A stretch of DNA of 64,000 nucleotides, from the NCBI RefSeq assembly GCF_009914755.1, contig NC_060928.1, one strand, 5' to 3'. Source of the stretch: the human T2T-CHM13v2.0 reference genome, Homo sapiens. The translations under genes and the position numbers were made by a program. The number at the start of each line of letters is the position of its first letter. Within the stretch, counting starts at the first letter, position 1. The notes beneath the pieces are model-generated. The model did not search any database. It saw only the letters and a list, made by a program, of their open reading frames with translations, and was not told the origin of the DNA. Shown here one piece after another: positions 28,839 to 41,875 of this stretch.

Positions 28839-29554
28839 GTCTAGGCCATGAGAAGAGTCTTTCTGCAACTGGAACATAATGCAGAACTCGGTCTATAGCC
28901 ACTCTGGCCCATCTCCACAGGAAGGCGCAGAGGCTGAGACCTACACAAAGTGGTAGTTCTAGACTCCTTTGTCAGTTATCTTAGGATGGGTGACAGCCAG
29001 TCAGGCTGGGGAAGACTCCTGAGAACCGTTACTCATTCTAATGACTACTTGGAAGTGGTGATAGCCTAGATGAAGAGAATATTTTAGCTACCCAAAAGAG
29101 CAATAATCATTATCTTGACTGAAAATCAAATGTTTCACAGGGAAAATATGATTAGAAGAAAGAAATTTACTGTTGATGTTATAAATATAATTTTATGATG
29201 TTTCAAAATGTTTGTTTTTATACTGACAATTATGAATTATTTATATTACTGCAAAGACACTAACAGCTTTGAGCTTTCCTCATTTATTTTAATCCTAAAG
29301 GGTAAACCTATATGTCAAAGTAACTTTTATCAATTATTTTAACAATTCTTTTGTTCTCCAAAGCAACTTACATGGAAATTACCTACTTGAAATATGAGTG
29401 ACCCTGCCCTGTCTCCAAAAAGAAAAAAACAAGCAGATAAAAATCAATAAACAGCAAGAGTAAAAATAAAAATTGTTTAGGGGAACAAGATTCTCTTACA
29501 AATCATAATTGCTAAAATGTACTTGAGATATTTATCAATAATAAAACTAAATTA

Positions 29555-29765
29555 CCATAAAAGCTAACATGTACTGAGTATATTCTATATGCCTGACACT
29601 AAAAGGGTTGATGTGGATTACATCCTTTAATAAATCTACAAAATGGGTGTTATCATTACTTCCATTTTGCAAAGCAAGATGCTGAGACTTAGAAACAGGA
29701 AGTAATGCTTCCAAATTCACATAGCAAGTCAATGGAGTGGCCAGAATCTGCATCTAGGTTTGCAC
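29555..29765 (-). mobile_element. MIR
   Basis: AGCTAACATGTACTGAGT...CCATTTTGCAAAGCAAGATGCTGAGACTTAGAAA...CACATAGCAAGT. Confidence 0.8.
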
Positions 29766-30511
29766 AAATCTATTTTTAGCCAATTACATGGAAAATTCAG
29801 AAAATCTAAATTGATTTCATTTGATGTCATAGATAGAATGAAAAGTTTCCATAGACTGTGACTTTTCCCAAAGAAACCAAATTGACAACAGAAAATACAT
29901 ATAAGTTTATACATATTATGAAGCAACTTACTGTTAAGTTATAAGTGATACTTTTTTTGCATATAATTTGAGTTTAATAGACCGAATTTGTGCCGACGAA
30001 ATCTATTTATTACTGCAATTGTGATATAGTGCTAGAAAATCTGTAGAGTCCAAGGGAGTGTTTTGGCTGCCATTGTCATTTAAGCCTCTGATTTGCTTTG
30101 GAGAGCTGGAGGGCACTGTGTGTCCCCTTGCCAACTTGGCCAGGTGCATGAGTACATCTCTAAAATAAATGTAGAACTACTTTCACAGGAATTGAAAAAA
30201 TGTTTCCTAGATTTCTTTTGACAAGAAGTCATTATCAGTTGCTTTGGGGAAGAGTTGCAGAAGCTTCATGAAAAGTATCAGGCCGTTATTTACTTTTCAT
30301 ACTGCAAGCCTTGGTCTGAAAGGGCAGACAGATAATAATACCTTTTGCTCATGAAGAGCAAGTCTCACTGTGACCCTCAGCCACTTTGAAAAACACAGAA
30401 CTGAGCTCAGAACATGGATTTTATTGTAGATGTTGTTCTCATTTATTACCTGTTTGAGGTTTTGATTCTGCTGGCAACATTGGCCTTATAATACTATATA
30501 TGTATGATATT

Positions 30512-30594
30512 ATACCATAATACCATATACCATATACCAATACCAATACCATATACCATACCAATACCATATACCATACCAATACCAATACCAT
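30512..30594. repeat. Degenerate (ATACCA/ATACCAT)n microsatellite
   Basis: About 13 units built on TACCA, directly abutting an Alu right arm. Confidence 0.9.
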
Positions 30595-30741
30595 AGGTTG
30601 TGTGCATGTAGTCCCAGCTACTTAGGGGGCTGAGGTGGGAGGACTGCTTGACCCAGGAAATTGAGGCTGCAATGAGCCATGTCATACCACTGCACTCCAG
30701 CCTGAGTGACAGAGTGAGACCTTGTCTCTAAAACACAAAAA
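30595..30741 (+). mobile_element. AluJ right arm only (or FRAM)
   Basis: TGTAGTCCCAGCTACTT...GAGGCTGCAATGAGCC...CACTGCACTCCAGCCTGAGTGACAGAGTGAGAC; no left arm upstream. Confidence 0.9.
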
Positions 30742-30866
30742 TTGTTTGTAGAAATGGGGGTCTTGCTATGTTGCCCAGCCTGGTCTCAAACTCCTGGCCT
30801 TAGTGATCCTCCTGACTTGGACTCCCAAAGCAATAGGATTACAGGTGTGAGCCACCACATCTGGCC
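30742..30866 (-). mobile_element. AluJ left arm only (or FLAM_C)
   Basis: GTAGAAATGGGGGTCTTGCTATGTTGCCCAG...CTCCCAAAG...GATTACAGGTGTGAGCCACCACATCTGGCC. Confidence 0.9.
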
Positions 30867-30914
30867 AGAAGATACTTTAGTGGAACCAATCTGGGCTGGT
30901 AACAAACCACTTAC

Positions 30915-30916
<2 letters not shown>

Positions 30917-30964
<48 letters not shown>
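30917..30964. repeat. (TG)24 microsatellite
   Basis: Perfect dinucleotide run. Confidence 0.97.
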
Positions 30965-30965
<1 letters not shown>

Positions 30966-30999
30966 CTTGCAATCATTACCAAAAATTTTTTTTCTTTTT

Positions 31000-31185
31000 A
31001 CAACAACTTCTTGTCCAACAGACCTTTCAATCATTTTTAAATGTACAATTTAGTGACATTAAATAAGTACATTCATAATTTTGTACAACCAGTACCACTC
31101 TCCACTTCCAGAATTTTTCATGATTTCAAACAGAAGCTCTGTACCCATTAAACAACAACTTCCCATTTCTCCTGCCCCTCGTAAT
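31000..31185 (-). mobile_element. L1MB-type 3' end
   Basis: CATTTTTAAATGTACAATTTAGTGACATT...TGTACAACCA...CTGTACCCATTAAACA. Confidence 0.8.
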
Positions 31186-31761
31186 CATATTTAAAAAATA
31201 CAGAAAACTAATCAGATCAATGTCATATATAAGGATGTTCAGACTATCTTTGGCAATAGCAGTAGAAACGTAGAGGTTCCCAAAACGCTGTAGAGAAGAC
31301 TGCAAAATTTCCCTCTGTTTCTGTTTACCAACACCAATCATGAATCTGAAAGTGGCCTGACTTAAGAGTAAGGAACATTATGAAACATAGGTGGAACATG
31401 TGTAATGGTAAGTTCCACCTGTCCTCTTTTCTCCAAAAACTTGGAAGAGGAAAACTCAGGTTGAATAAGAGCAGAGGCAGAATGGTTCTCATGTTAGAGA
31501 TAAGTCTTAATCAAAGAGGGAAAAGGGCAAAAATAAGTTCTCAAGTAGAGAGAGAAAAAACGCCTAGTTAATTAATGAGGTCTTGTGTCCACTTGCATAT
31601 CCTTGTAGTGGAGTCAGATGTACCAACTCACAGCTCACGTGGTAGTCATTGTGAGAAGGATAAGCACATCACATATCACATATCCTCACATATCATAGAA
31701 GATAATGTAACAGAACATCTGAATTATATAACTAACTTTATTTTGATTCCTTTATTTTCAG

Positions 31762-31851
31762 GATGCACTCCTAAGAGAAGACTACCTGAAAGGCGTGTAC
31801 ACTGGTCTAGCAGTTGAGATCAGCTAGTGTTCCATCTATCTTCTGTCATGT
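31762..31851 (+). other. Candidate 90-nt non-coding exon
   Basis: ACTAAC branch motif at 31731-31736, pyrimidine tract, TTTTCAG acceptor, TGT/GTGAGT donor; stop codons in all three frames; no transcript evidence available. Confidence 0.4.
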
Positions 31852-33225
31852 GTGAGTATAATTTTCAAGAGTTAAACTCAGCTTTAGGGACACTGGAGCT
31901 CTAGTTTCAGCAAAATTCACAATCAACCTCTGGACATGGTAAAATTACCAAGTTAATGTCACTCTGTGAAGTCTCTCAGTGGGTAGGCATCTGGCTTTTC
32001 TTTGACTACATTAACTTGTTCATATGCTTTTGAAAAATATCTGTATAACTCATAAATACACAAATCCAGTGGTGTGTGTGTATGTGACAAGTGATGCTGC
32101 AAATTGTGGCAAGGTTTCCTCTCACCTTTGTGCCACATTTCTTAAGAGTAAATTTCAATATTGATTTCGACCTCTTCTCAATTACCTAATTTTGGCTCTC
32201 TTCCTTTCCATGATCTGGGCATGTCATTATTATTCTTTCAATGCCCTCTACTGGACCAGAAATTTTGTACTGGGTGAACATTACTTCAATGCTGTCCTAT
32301 CAATTATGTTCAAGGACTTCGGTATTGATGATATGATTTAACCTCAATATGTATTAATTACAGCACAGGCTTGGGATGGGGAAGAGAAGATCATTGCTAA
32401 AATATTCAAAACTTTTGTACATTTTTTATAGGTATACAGAGCATACATTGTAAACCATTAGTTGAGGTTTTGGGTTGATAAATTTTTTTTCTACCACTTT
32501 TGATCAGTTTCTTAAGTCATACAACTTTCAATATTCACAATTTGATGAGTTAATTACTAGGTTATTTGTTAATGTTACCTGTATGACAGAATCTAAGGGA
32601 AGAATGCATTCTTGAAATTCAAATGGAAACCTTAAGATTACTTTGGGATATGTCTGGTATATATGTTTTTAATGTAACCTGATTCTATGTCAAAAATTTA
32701 GCCATTAATTTTATATTTATGTAACTTAAATCAAGATATTTTATTCTATATAACTTGGATATAATTGTATATTATGGCTGTAACTCTGTTGGAACTTTAG
32801 TTTTCAGAGATAGCATTCTTATAGATTTTGCACTTCCCTTTTCATTCTCAAAATCAACCTGATTACTCTAAATCCATCTCTCATTTAAAAATTAACATTC
32901 TCTCCAAAATTCCCCTATTTCAATGTAAAAGAGTCATCTTTGCTATCAAGAAATTCCCACTTAACTGGTCAAGACAGAAAGGTAAACAAATTCAGGATGG
33001 GGCAGTGGTGAAAACACTATGACAGAGTTTGAACAGAGTACAGAGGACCAACAGAGGACAAGCTGCATAGCTCTCTTGTGGGGACAGCAGCAATACATAA
33101 AAATACCTTCAAATAGGAGGTGATGCTGGAGCTCAATTTTAAAGGTTACCATGTTTGCCTGTTGGGCAGCGTGGTAGTCATTGTGAGAAGGGTAAGTACA
33201 TTAGAACATAGATAGCCAATAACTG

Positions 33226-34040
33226 TGTAGAAAAAAATAATTGCTGTCATCTTCTATGTTCTTACAGTATTCAATACTTCCAGAACACTTTACTTCTGAT
33301 GCCAGATGTGGCAGGGTGGGGGCGAGCAGGGAGGTGGTGAGTAGTAGTTCCATACCAACCAATTCTCCAAAACCAGCTGGAGGCCCTGTAACTCAATTTC
33401 CTTCTGACACCATCTACCTGGACTTTGTACAGACCCCTCAGGTTAAGGGCTCAGTTCCTCAAAGCTGCACCCTACTTCAGACACAAGTCACAAGTCCACG
33501 TTGTCACCAGTTTATCTGACCATCTGACTATGAATCAGATGTTCTCACAACCCACTCCTCAGGTTGATCATTTTGCTAGAATGGCTCACAGAACTCAGGG
33601 AAACACTTACCTACATTTACCAGTTTATTATAAAGGATATTACAAAGGATCCAGAAGAATAGCCAGATGAGGAGCCACACAGGGCAGAGTTTGGAAGGGT
33701 CCTACATGCAGGAACCCCTCTCCCAATGGGGTTGTGGTGCACCACCCTCTCAGCACATGGATGTGTTCACAAGCCTGGAAGTTTCCCAAACCATCTTTTA
33801 GTGGTTTTTATCATCATATAGACATGATTGATTATCAACTCAATCTCCAGCTCCTCTTCCCTTCCTGGAAGATGGGGGTGGGGTTAAAAGTTCTAAACTT
33901 CTAATCATGGCTTGGTCTTACTGGTGACAAATCTCCATCCTGAAACTATCCAGTAGGCTGTCAAGAGTTGCTTCATTTAAAAAAAGATGCTCCCATCACC
34001 CATAAGATTTTGTAGCTCTGCATCAGGACCTGGGGCCATT
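33226..34040 (-). mobile_element. MER21-family LTR (MER21C-like)
   Basis: CTGACACCATCTACCTGGA...CAGGTTAAGGGCTCAGT...TTGCTAGAATGGCTCACAGAACTCAGGGAAACACTTAC...TTTATTATAAAGGATATTACAAAGGAT. Confidence 0.85.
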
Positions 34041-35489
34041 GTATTGTGCAATACGGAAGGCAGATTAAATTATTTGAGGCATCTCTAGGAGTAAAATGTT
34101 TTTAAAATATGCATTGTAATAAAACTTTGTTCATTATTAGTATAATTAAATAAAGCTTTATAAAACATCTTAGACCTTAAATTAAATCATCAAAGCCCTT
34201 AAAGATAAATCTGTTATCTTTTTCACTATTCATTGATTAATTCAATAGAAGGCATAATATTTCACTCATGCATTGTTTCTCCACTTTAAAATATAGTCTT
34301 ATTTGTATAAATAGAGCCATATTTTTTGATTGACAGTTGTAAATATTTTTAAAATTCATTTTTGAGAATGGCATTTGTCGTGGTTAGGACTACTTCCTTG
34401 TCAAGATTCAGCAACTCATCTTGCAAATGATACAGTATTTTTGAAGAGCTTTATCTCATCAAATGTTGTTAAAATGTAAATAAAATAAATAAAATAAAAT
34501 TTGGATCCATGGGGTGCCTCTAATAGCTTTTCCTCCTTGACAAGGAGCTAATTTGAACTTCAACTAACCAGCTGATTTTTATAAGGTTGCAGAAACTGAC
34601 AGTTATTTTTCCAGTGATGCTTGCCAGTGTTCTATCTCACTTTAATTCCAGAGTCAGTGGGCAATACCCATATCTATGAATTACATGTTAAAAAGGGATT
34701 TATGAATTATGGATGAACTGGGACAGTTATTGGTATTTAAAGGCATCCTACTTCATGTTGAATATTAATAGAAATGAAAGACTGGAGAAATATAGTTACC
34801 AAAAGCATTAATATTTCAAAACAGGGTAGCTTCTTGAAGCCATGGGATATTAGAATAAAAGTTAAAAGAAATTATAGTTAATTCGTATAGTGATAATTTC
34901 TATAACAATAAAGAATAAAGATGAGAATTCACCATCAAAGGCTTTTTATTATTATTCAATTAGGAAAAGTCTAATCTGGACATTAAATAAAAAAATAGTT
35001 AAGTAAAAATTGTGACAGTGCCTATTGTCTCATGGTTTGTTTTTTTTTATGGTAGCTAAAAGGAAGACTATGTGACAATATGCAATGTAATCAGAATGTA
35101 ATTTAATATTTTAATTCTAAGGGGCCAAGTCACTCATAAGAAAATAGAAAAAATTATCACACAATACTTGTATGATGACACCATCATTATTTCTTTTCTT
35201 ATTTACACTAGTTAAGTTGATGCAGAGTGAAGGCAACTAGCCCTCTGCCTCTTAAGGATTAAGCTCTTACTTCCTAAATTGGCATAATCACAAAAAGCAA
35301 ATTAGTCCTTTTAAAAGGCTATAAGGAATTGGATCTTGCTCACCAACTCACAAGAAACTAATAAACCTGCGTATGAATATACAGTCATGGATTACTGTGT
35401 AATGAGAAATAGAAAAGAAATACCAAGAAGACTAGATATCTGTGCTGACTGAAAAGCACGTTGTATTCCCAGTAGGAATGTCATGTATT

Positions 35490-35720
35490 ATTTATTCATC
35501 AAATGTGTATTGACGTCTGATTTATACCAGACATTGTGCCAGACACTGAGATGAAAAATCAAACAGGGAATAGTCTCCACCGTCAAAGAGCTTATTGACT
35601 AGTTGGAAAGACAGCCAAATAAAAATAACAATTATAGCGGTGTGAAGAGAAGACAATTCCAAATCTGAATAGGGATCTGGAAAAGCTTCCCTGAGGGGGT
35701 GAAACAAAGTGGGATCAAAA
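35490..35720 (-). mobile_element. L2 3'-end fragment
   Basis: TTTATTCATCAAATGTGTATTGA...CCAGACATTGTGCCAGACACTG...CAAAGAGCTTATTGACTAGTTGG. Confidence 0.75.
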
Positions 35721-35977
35721 GTAAGTAGAATTAGCTAGTTGAAGAAAAGAATTAGGCAATCCTGTACTCTCTGGTTTCTGTACCTGTGCAATGGCATGGC
35801 ACTCATTCAAGGCAAGAGATCCCTGCATGATGGGTATGGCTGTGGAGAGCTGTTGCTCAGCTCTCTGGCTATAAATTTCTCTCTGCTCTGGATTCCATCC
35901 ATCATTATGCAACTGTGTGTGCCACACACTGTACTAGGCACTGGGTATTAAGTAGTGAACAAAATAAAAATCCATAG

Positions 35978-36439
<462 letters not shown>

Positions 36440-39400
36440 TGATGTCATAACAATCTCCGTGTGTCAAAACCAGTGGCCATGTCACTATTCTTATCCCATT
36501 CAAACTCTCAGCAGAAGGAGGCATATTTACCTACCCCTCCTCTTTAATACTCTTTCTTATTTTGGCTTCAAGGACAGAACATTCGTTTTCTTTTTCCTCC
36601 CTGGTTTCTCCTTCTTCATCTACCCTGCTGGTCTTGCTTTGTCCCATCTTCTAATGTAGTGCTGTTGGTCAATCCTGATTCTCACCCTCTTTTTTCCCTA
36701 CTTATCCTACTTTTCTTTCTTAGTTCTTCTCTTTTCTGTCCCTGAGGAATGTGTGATCCTCATTTTTGAAACCATCAACTTGGGGACATAGTAAACAATT
36801 TAAGAGGAACAATGTCAGGATTAAATTGACATTTCAAAAAGATTATTTCACAATCTCCTAGATGGATTTCTTGGTGTATATGCATGACTAGACAGAGTAA
36901 AGATAGTGAAATAATCTTAATCATAAAAAATGGAGATGTAATGGCTAAGTGCTTGGGAATATTCCTACTTGCTGCTCAGGGAACCCTTCTCACTGGAACA
37001 AGTGCAAAGTAAACTGAAAAATTATTTTGCTTAGTCTCCTTTCTTCTATATTTTGTACGTTATAGAAACTTTCTGTTTTAAGGAGATTATAACTAATAAC
37101 TTCATAGCTCACCTTGGTGCACCTATATTCTATAGATCATGACTATCTCCTTGAAGCATCTTAGTCATCCTGGGGTAGGCACAGATATATCATCATCCTA
37201 TTATAATATTACAAGCCTTTTTATTGAGTGATGATTTCTAAGAATGTTAAACTGATTTTAAAGTGTTATTTTCTAATTTATTTAATAGGTCCTAAGAATA
37301 TTTTGGAACTTCTCATCACCCTATGCCTGATTATCTAAACTCAATGTACTTGTAACCTAATATTTATTTTGAATCCACCGCATCAATGTGAGGGCATCAG
37401 TCCTGGGATGTGGTAGCTTCTGGGTTTTTAGACAGAAGTGTCCTATAAATAGTGCCATCTTTAGTACAAGATAGTATAAAAAGAATAGCAATTTTCTGAA
37501 CATAGATGACACTGTTCTAAGTGTTCCACTGTATTAATCCACTTAAACTCCATACAAATTCCTGAGAGAAGTTAGTTTCATTATGTCACAGAGCTAGAAA
37601 GGCCCACGGTCGATCTCCAGAGCCTGCAGTCTTAATCACCAAACTACACTACAATGGTAGATTTATGGTATGAGAACAGCTCCAAACTTATGCCATTAGA
37701 ATTGAACACATTGTGGTGGCCTTCTTTTATTATTATTATCACTGATGAGGCTAAATATGTGTCTCAGGCAGCTAGACCTAAGTGACAGAGAAAAAACTGA
37801 ATAGGGATTTACCCCTTATTTTCCCACCTATCTGAAATTCTGCATAGCTCATAGCATTTTGTCATTCCCTGCACTGGACCATACCCACCTGTTACAATTT
37901 AGACACTGGAGAAGGATAAGCAGTCTCGTATTTAGCTATGAAATTACACAAGGTAAAATATTACCAGCTTGGGGTGGACCTTACCAATACGTATAGCTAA
38001 AATTGGATCATTCAGCTCCTCCTAATTTAGTGTGCACCAATGAAGGATTTTTATCAATGAATTATTTGCATAATTATTTTATTTCTACTATTTAATATGA
38101 CTTTATGTAAAGACACATAAAAAAGAGGCACTGAAAGTAGAAACATTAACTTGAGTCAATTACTTGACTATCTCCAATGAGAGAAATATATTTTAGAATA
38201 ATAAATTAGTTAATTATGGCTTCATCCATATGACCTTCCAACATCTACCATTTTGGAGACGACTGATTTTCTCATCTTTGCAGATAATAAAACTTTTTCC
38301 TGGATGAGACTCAAAAGGTGTCCATTTCTTGGATCTCCATCCTCTCAGGTTTTATTTGCAGCATGTCTTGGTTTATTTCCCCTTTCTTGTATTCTCCATT
38401 TTGGTTTTCTATTATAATTTGATAAAGTACATGTTAGAATCTCATTGATTATGCTTTCTTACTTGTTATATGTCTTGCTGTAGGGCTCATGTGTTTGTTT
38501 TTCAAGCAATAATAATGAGATGATAACTCAGCAGCATGAAGGAAAGAAAATAGTTTTATGTTGCTGCTCATATTTAAATCTTTGGGGCATAGTTTAAAAC
38601 TGAGCCTTCATGTTTGTTATTGCTACTAGTTTGTGTGTGTTAGCAAGGGGTTGTTTGGATGGGAAGATTAGAGGAAGGATCCAAATCCTGGGGATAAATA
38701 AAATGAAATAAGTGGAAAGCACAATCCCATGTTAAAAGAGGGTTTTTGTTTGATTTTTTTAATATAAAAAGGTAACGTTTTCAAGGTAAGATTTGAGGTG
38801 AAGTGATTGAGAAAAAAATTCTGCCCCAGTGAGAGAGATGTTTGGGGCTTAAGCCAATATGAACTCTCTCACAAGGTGAGAAGTGGAGCAAGGCAGGAGT
38901 TTCCCACCAGAAAGAGGGCAAAACTGAGAAATGATGAGGAATGAGGTCTAGTATTGTACCCTTCTTTCCAGGTGGAGGGGAACTCATCTATTAGGTGGAA
39001 AGCAGAATGTGGCTGAGTGGAAACAAGAGAGAGTTAAGAAAGAAATGATGGTCAAGAGAAAAATAATACCATTTTTCTACTTCATCCAACATTAGTTGCC
39101 TTAAAATATTAAAAGTTTTTCTTGGCATAATCTATTTCTGTTTAAATAAAGGTTAAATTACATATAAAACAACTAACAAAATAAACCTACAGGATATCTC
39201 TATTTAGTAGTGAGAGAGATTAAGGTTCCACTGTGTGGAGCCTTATAACATAGAATATAGCCATGAATACAAAATGATACACAAAGGCCAAAGGAAGCTA
39301 GGAGAGGGAAGAGGTAGAGCAGAACTAACATTTATAGAGCACTTGTGTATATTAATCATTGTACTAATTAATACCATTTGTTTGGTTTTATTTTATCCTG

Positions 39401-39614
39401 ACAACATCTCTTTGAGGTTTATTATTATCTTGATTTTTAGATATATTACAACTGGTTTAAGATCATATTTTCTTTAAAAAGATGTAAATGGAATTCTTAT
39501 TCTAGACTGGCTAATTTTCAAAGATTACATTCTTACTATTCTACTACTCCTTATGGTATTCTTGCTAATATCAAAAAACCATGATTACCCTGTGAATAAT
39601 TTCACTATTAGAGA

Positions 39615-39900
39615 CTAGTGTTCACAAAACATTTTATATCATGTACCACATGGGTTAAAAATATTTTGAGCATGCTCTTCCATCATATATATACTTAAAA
39701 TCTACTTTATAAAATATGTATGTGTACAATTCTATAAAAATAAAAAAATACTATGTATATTATGAAATATACATAAAACTTTAAAAGTATGAATTAAAAA
39801 TAATTGTAATTAGAAGTGCTAATGTTTCCTGCTTGTATCTCAAATGGTTGTCTAGTTCAGCCCACAGGACAAATAGACCCTACCATAGAGAGCACTGTTC
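39615..39900. mobile_element. Possible hAT-Charlie MITE remnant (Charlie4z-like)
   Basis: TAGTGTTCACAAAAC start and GAGAGCACTG end, with an AT-rich interior and AAAAATATTTTGAGCATGC motif. Confidence 0.4.
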
Positions 39901-41409
39901 TATGTTACCAACACCATCTCCTATAGGGCATGCATATTGGTTACGCAAATATGACAAAAATCTCAGTGTTGATTTTAGCCTCTTCAGCAGGTCATAAAAA
40001 CTGTGAATCTGTTATGATGATCAGTATTTCTTCTGGTGTGAAATAATTCACAGTTCACTTAGGAACAAGGTTTATTTTTTCTAATGCATTATTGAGAGGA
40101 GATTCCCTCTGTAGTATGTTATTTTCTAAGAAATCACAGCAGAGTTGTACACACTACTAAAGTGGAATTTAGCAAAAGATACGATGCACAGGGTATCTAT
40201 TATTTCTGATTCTTTGATAAACCTTAACTTCCACATCTCAGAAAGAATATTTGTTTTAGGTAATTTGTTATTAGCTATAGTACTTAGGTCATTTTCCTCC
40301 CTCTGTCATTTTTTTGATGGTTGTTCATTGTTAGAAGGGGGTGAGAGGTGAAATCAAGTCCAACAGTTCAGTGGACCAGAGATGTGATACGCAGAGACTG
40401 AAGCTGTAATTACAGAGTCACTGTGTGGAGCCTTATGAGAGAATGTCCTCACTGTGAAGCCTTCTGTTTTGTCAATACACTTACATCAATACTTGGCAGT
40501 CAGTTCTGCTGCTTTAGGGCTTCAGCATACAAAATAGACAAAGTCACTAATATCAAATTTGAGCTACGTTGCATTTGCCGTTGACAAATCTTATTTCAGA
40601 AATATGCATGAGCATGAGGATCAGATCAAGCTTTTAACATTTACTTTTTTTTTTTTCTAGCAGGGAAGACTCTGATCCTCTCATAATTTACCTATTGTTG
40701 ATTTCCTGAATCTTTTTAAATCCTTTGCAACTGAAGATGGTCTCTCCATCAGAGAAGCAATTAACCAAATGCCTGACTACAGCGTATATAGCATCTGTTA
40801 TAAAAGCATAAAAGGTTAACTTAAATCCTGGCACACAAAGGAGATGTCAGACCAGAACAAATCAGCATGGAAATACCTGGAGGAGATACAAGGTTAAGGT
40901 GGAGCATATGTACAGTCAAGAGGATGTTCATGACTAGTGGAATGTGTTTTTCAGATTGCAAAGACTGGAAGGTTAGAAATGACATGTCTATTATGAATCA
41001 ACATAATTCATCTTCTGCAGCTTTTACCTGACAAAAGAAAATGTGCCTTATTCTTCCCTATGCAACTCAAAATCCAAACAAAGAACTATAGACGTGTCAA
41101 CTTTCATCTCATAGAAATGCTTAGGTATTTTTTAAAGAAAAAGAGAACACTTTTTAAAAGATTATGCATTGCCTGAGTTAAGAGAGTTAAGAAGATAAAT
41201 AAGAATAGATTTGTTTTATCTTATAGATGAACCTCTTTCAATCAGTTATTATAGGATGGAATAATAAAACATTAAAATACTATACATATAAAACTAATCA
41301 TTACAAATTAAATGGACTGCACTATTACAATTTTAGATTGAATTATGCAGTAGATTAATAATGATCACAAAGGTTTAATATTCATTCAATTGAGAGAAGA
41401 GTTCAAGTT

Positions 41410-41875
41410 CCTCTTCACTTGAATCTTGGTGAGCTCTGTGAGTGCCTTATGAATATAGCTGCAATAATTCCATGCCAGTTTCTGGGCCACAGCATTAAGA
41501 GGCTAATAGCATCCACTTTTTGTCTGTTATGACCCTTGCTCTTAAGGCCCTAAGCTGTAGTATGAGTCCAACTATCCTCCTGAATAAACCACGTGGTGGA
41601 GAGGCCCTGAGATTACAAAATAAAATAGTGAGCCCAGTAGAATCCAGCTCTGCCAAGATCCCAAACATGGGAATAAAGCTGTCTTGGATCCAGCAGACCA
41701 CCTCAGCTATCTATGGCTACTACCAAGTATTCATGTCATGTAATATGGAGCTAATAATTGTCCAGAATGAGCCTGCATTATTTGCTATTTCACAAAATTA
41801 TAAAATATATTAGAAGGTAGTTATTCCAAACCACTAAATTTTGGGATATTTTCTTAAAGTAGTAGATAGGTAGGC
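41410..41875 (+). mobile_element. MLT1 (H-like) MaLR LTR
   Basis: TGCCAGTTTCTGGGCC...ACCACGTGGTGGAGAGGCCCTGAGA...AAGCTGTCTTGGATCC...CCACTAAATTTTGGGAT. Confidence 0.7.

Noticed and set aside
30512-30594. Short-unit array that could be mistaken for a CRISPR or telomere-like repeat
   Set aside because: It has no unique spacers and is not TTAGGG-based; it is an Alu-adjacent microsatellite in primate DNA.
40640-40900. Strong + strand acceptor (T-tract CTAG/CAG at about 40660)
   Set aside because: I found no convincing donor downstream, and isolated acceptors are common.
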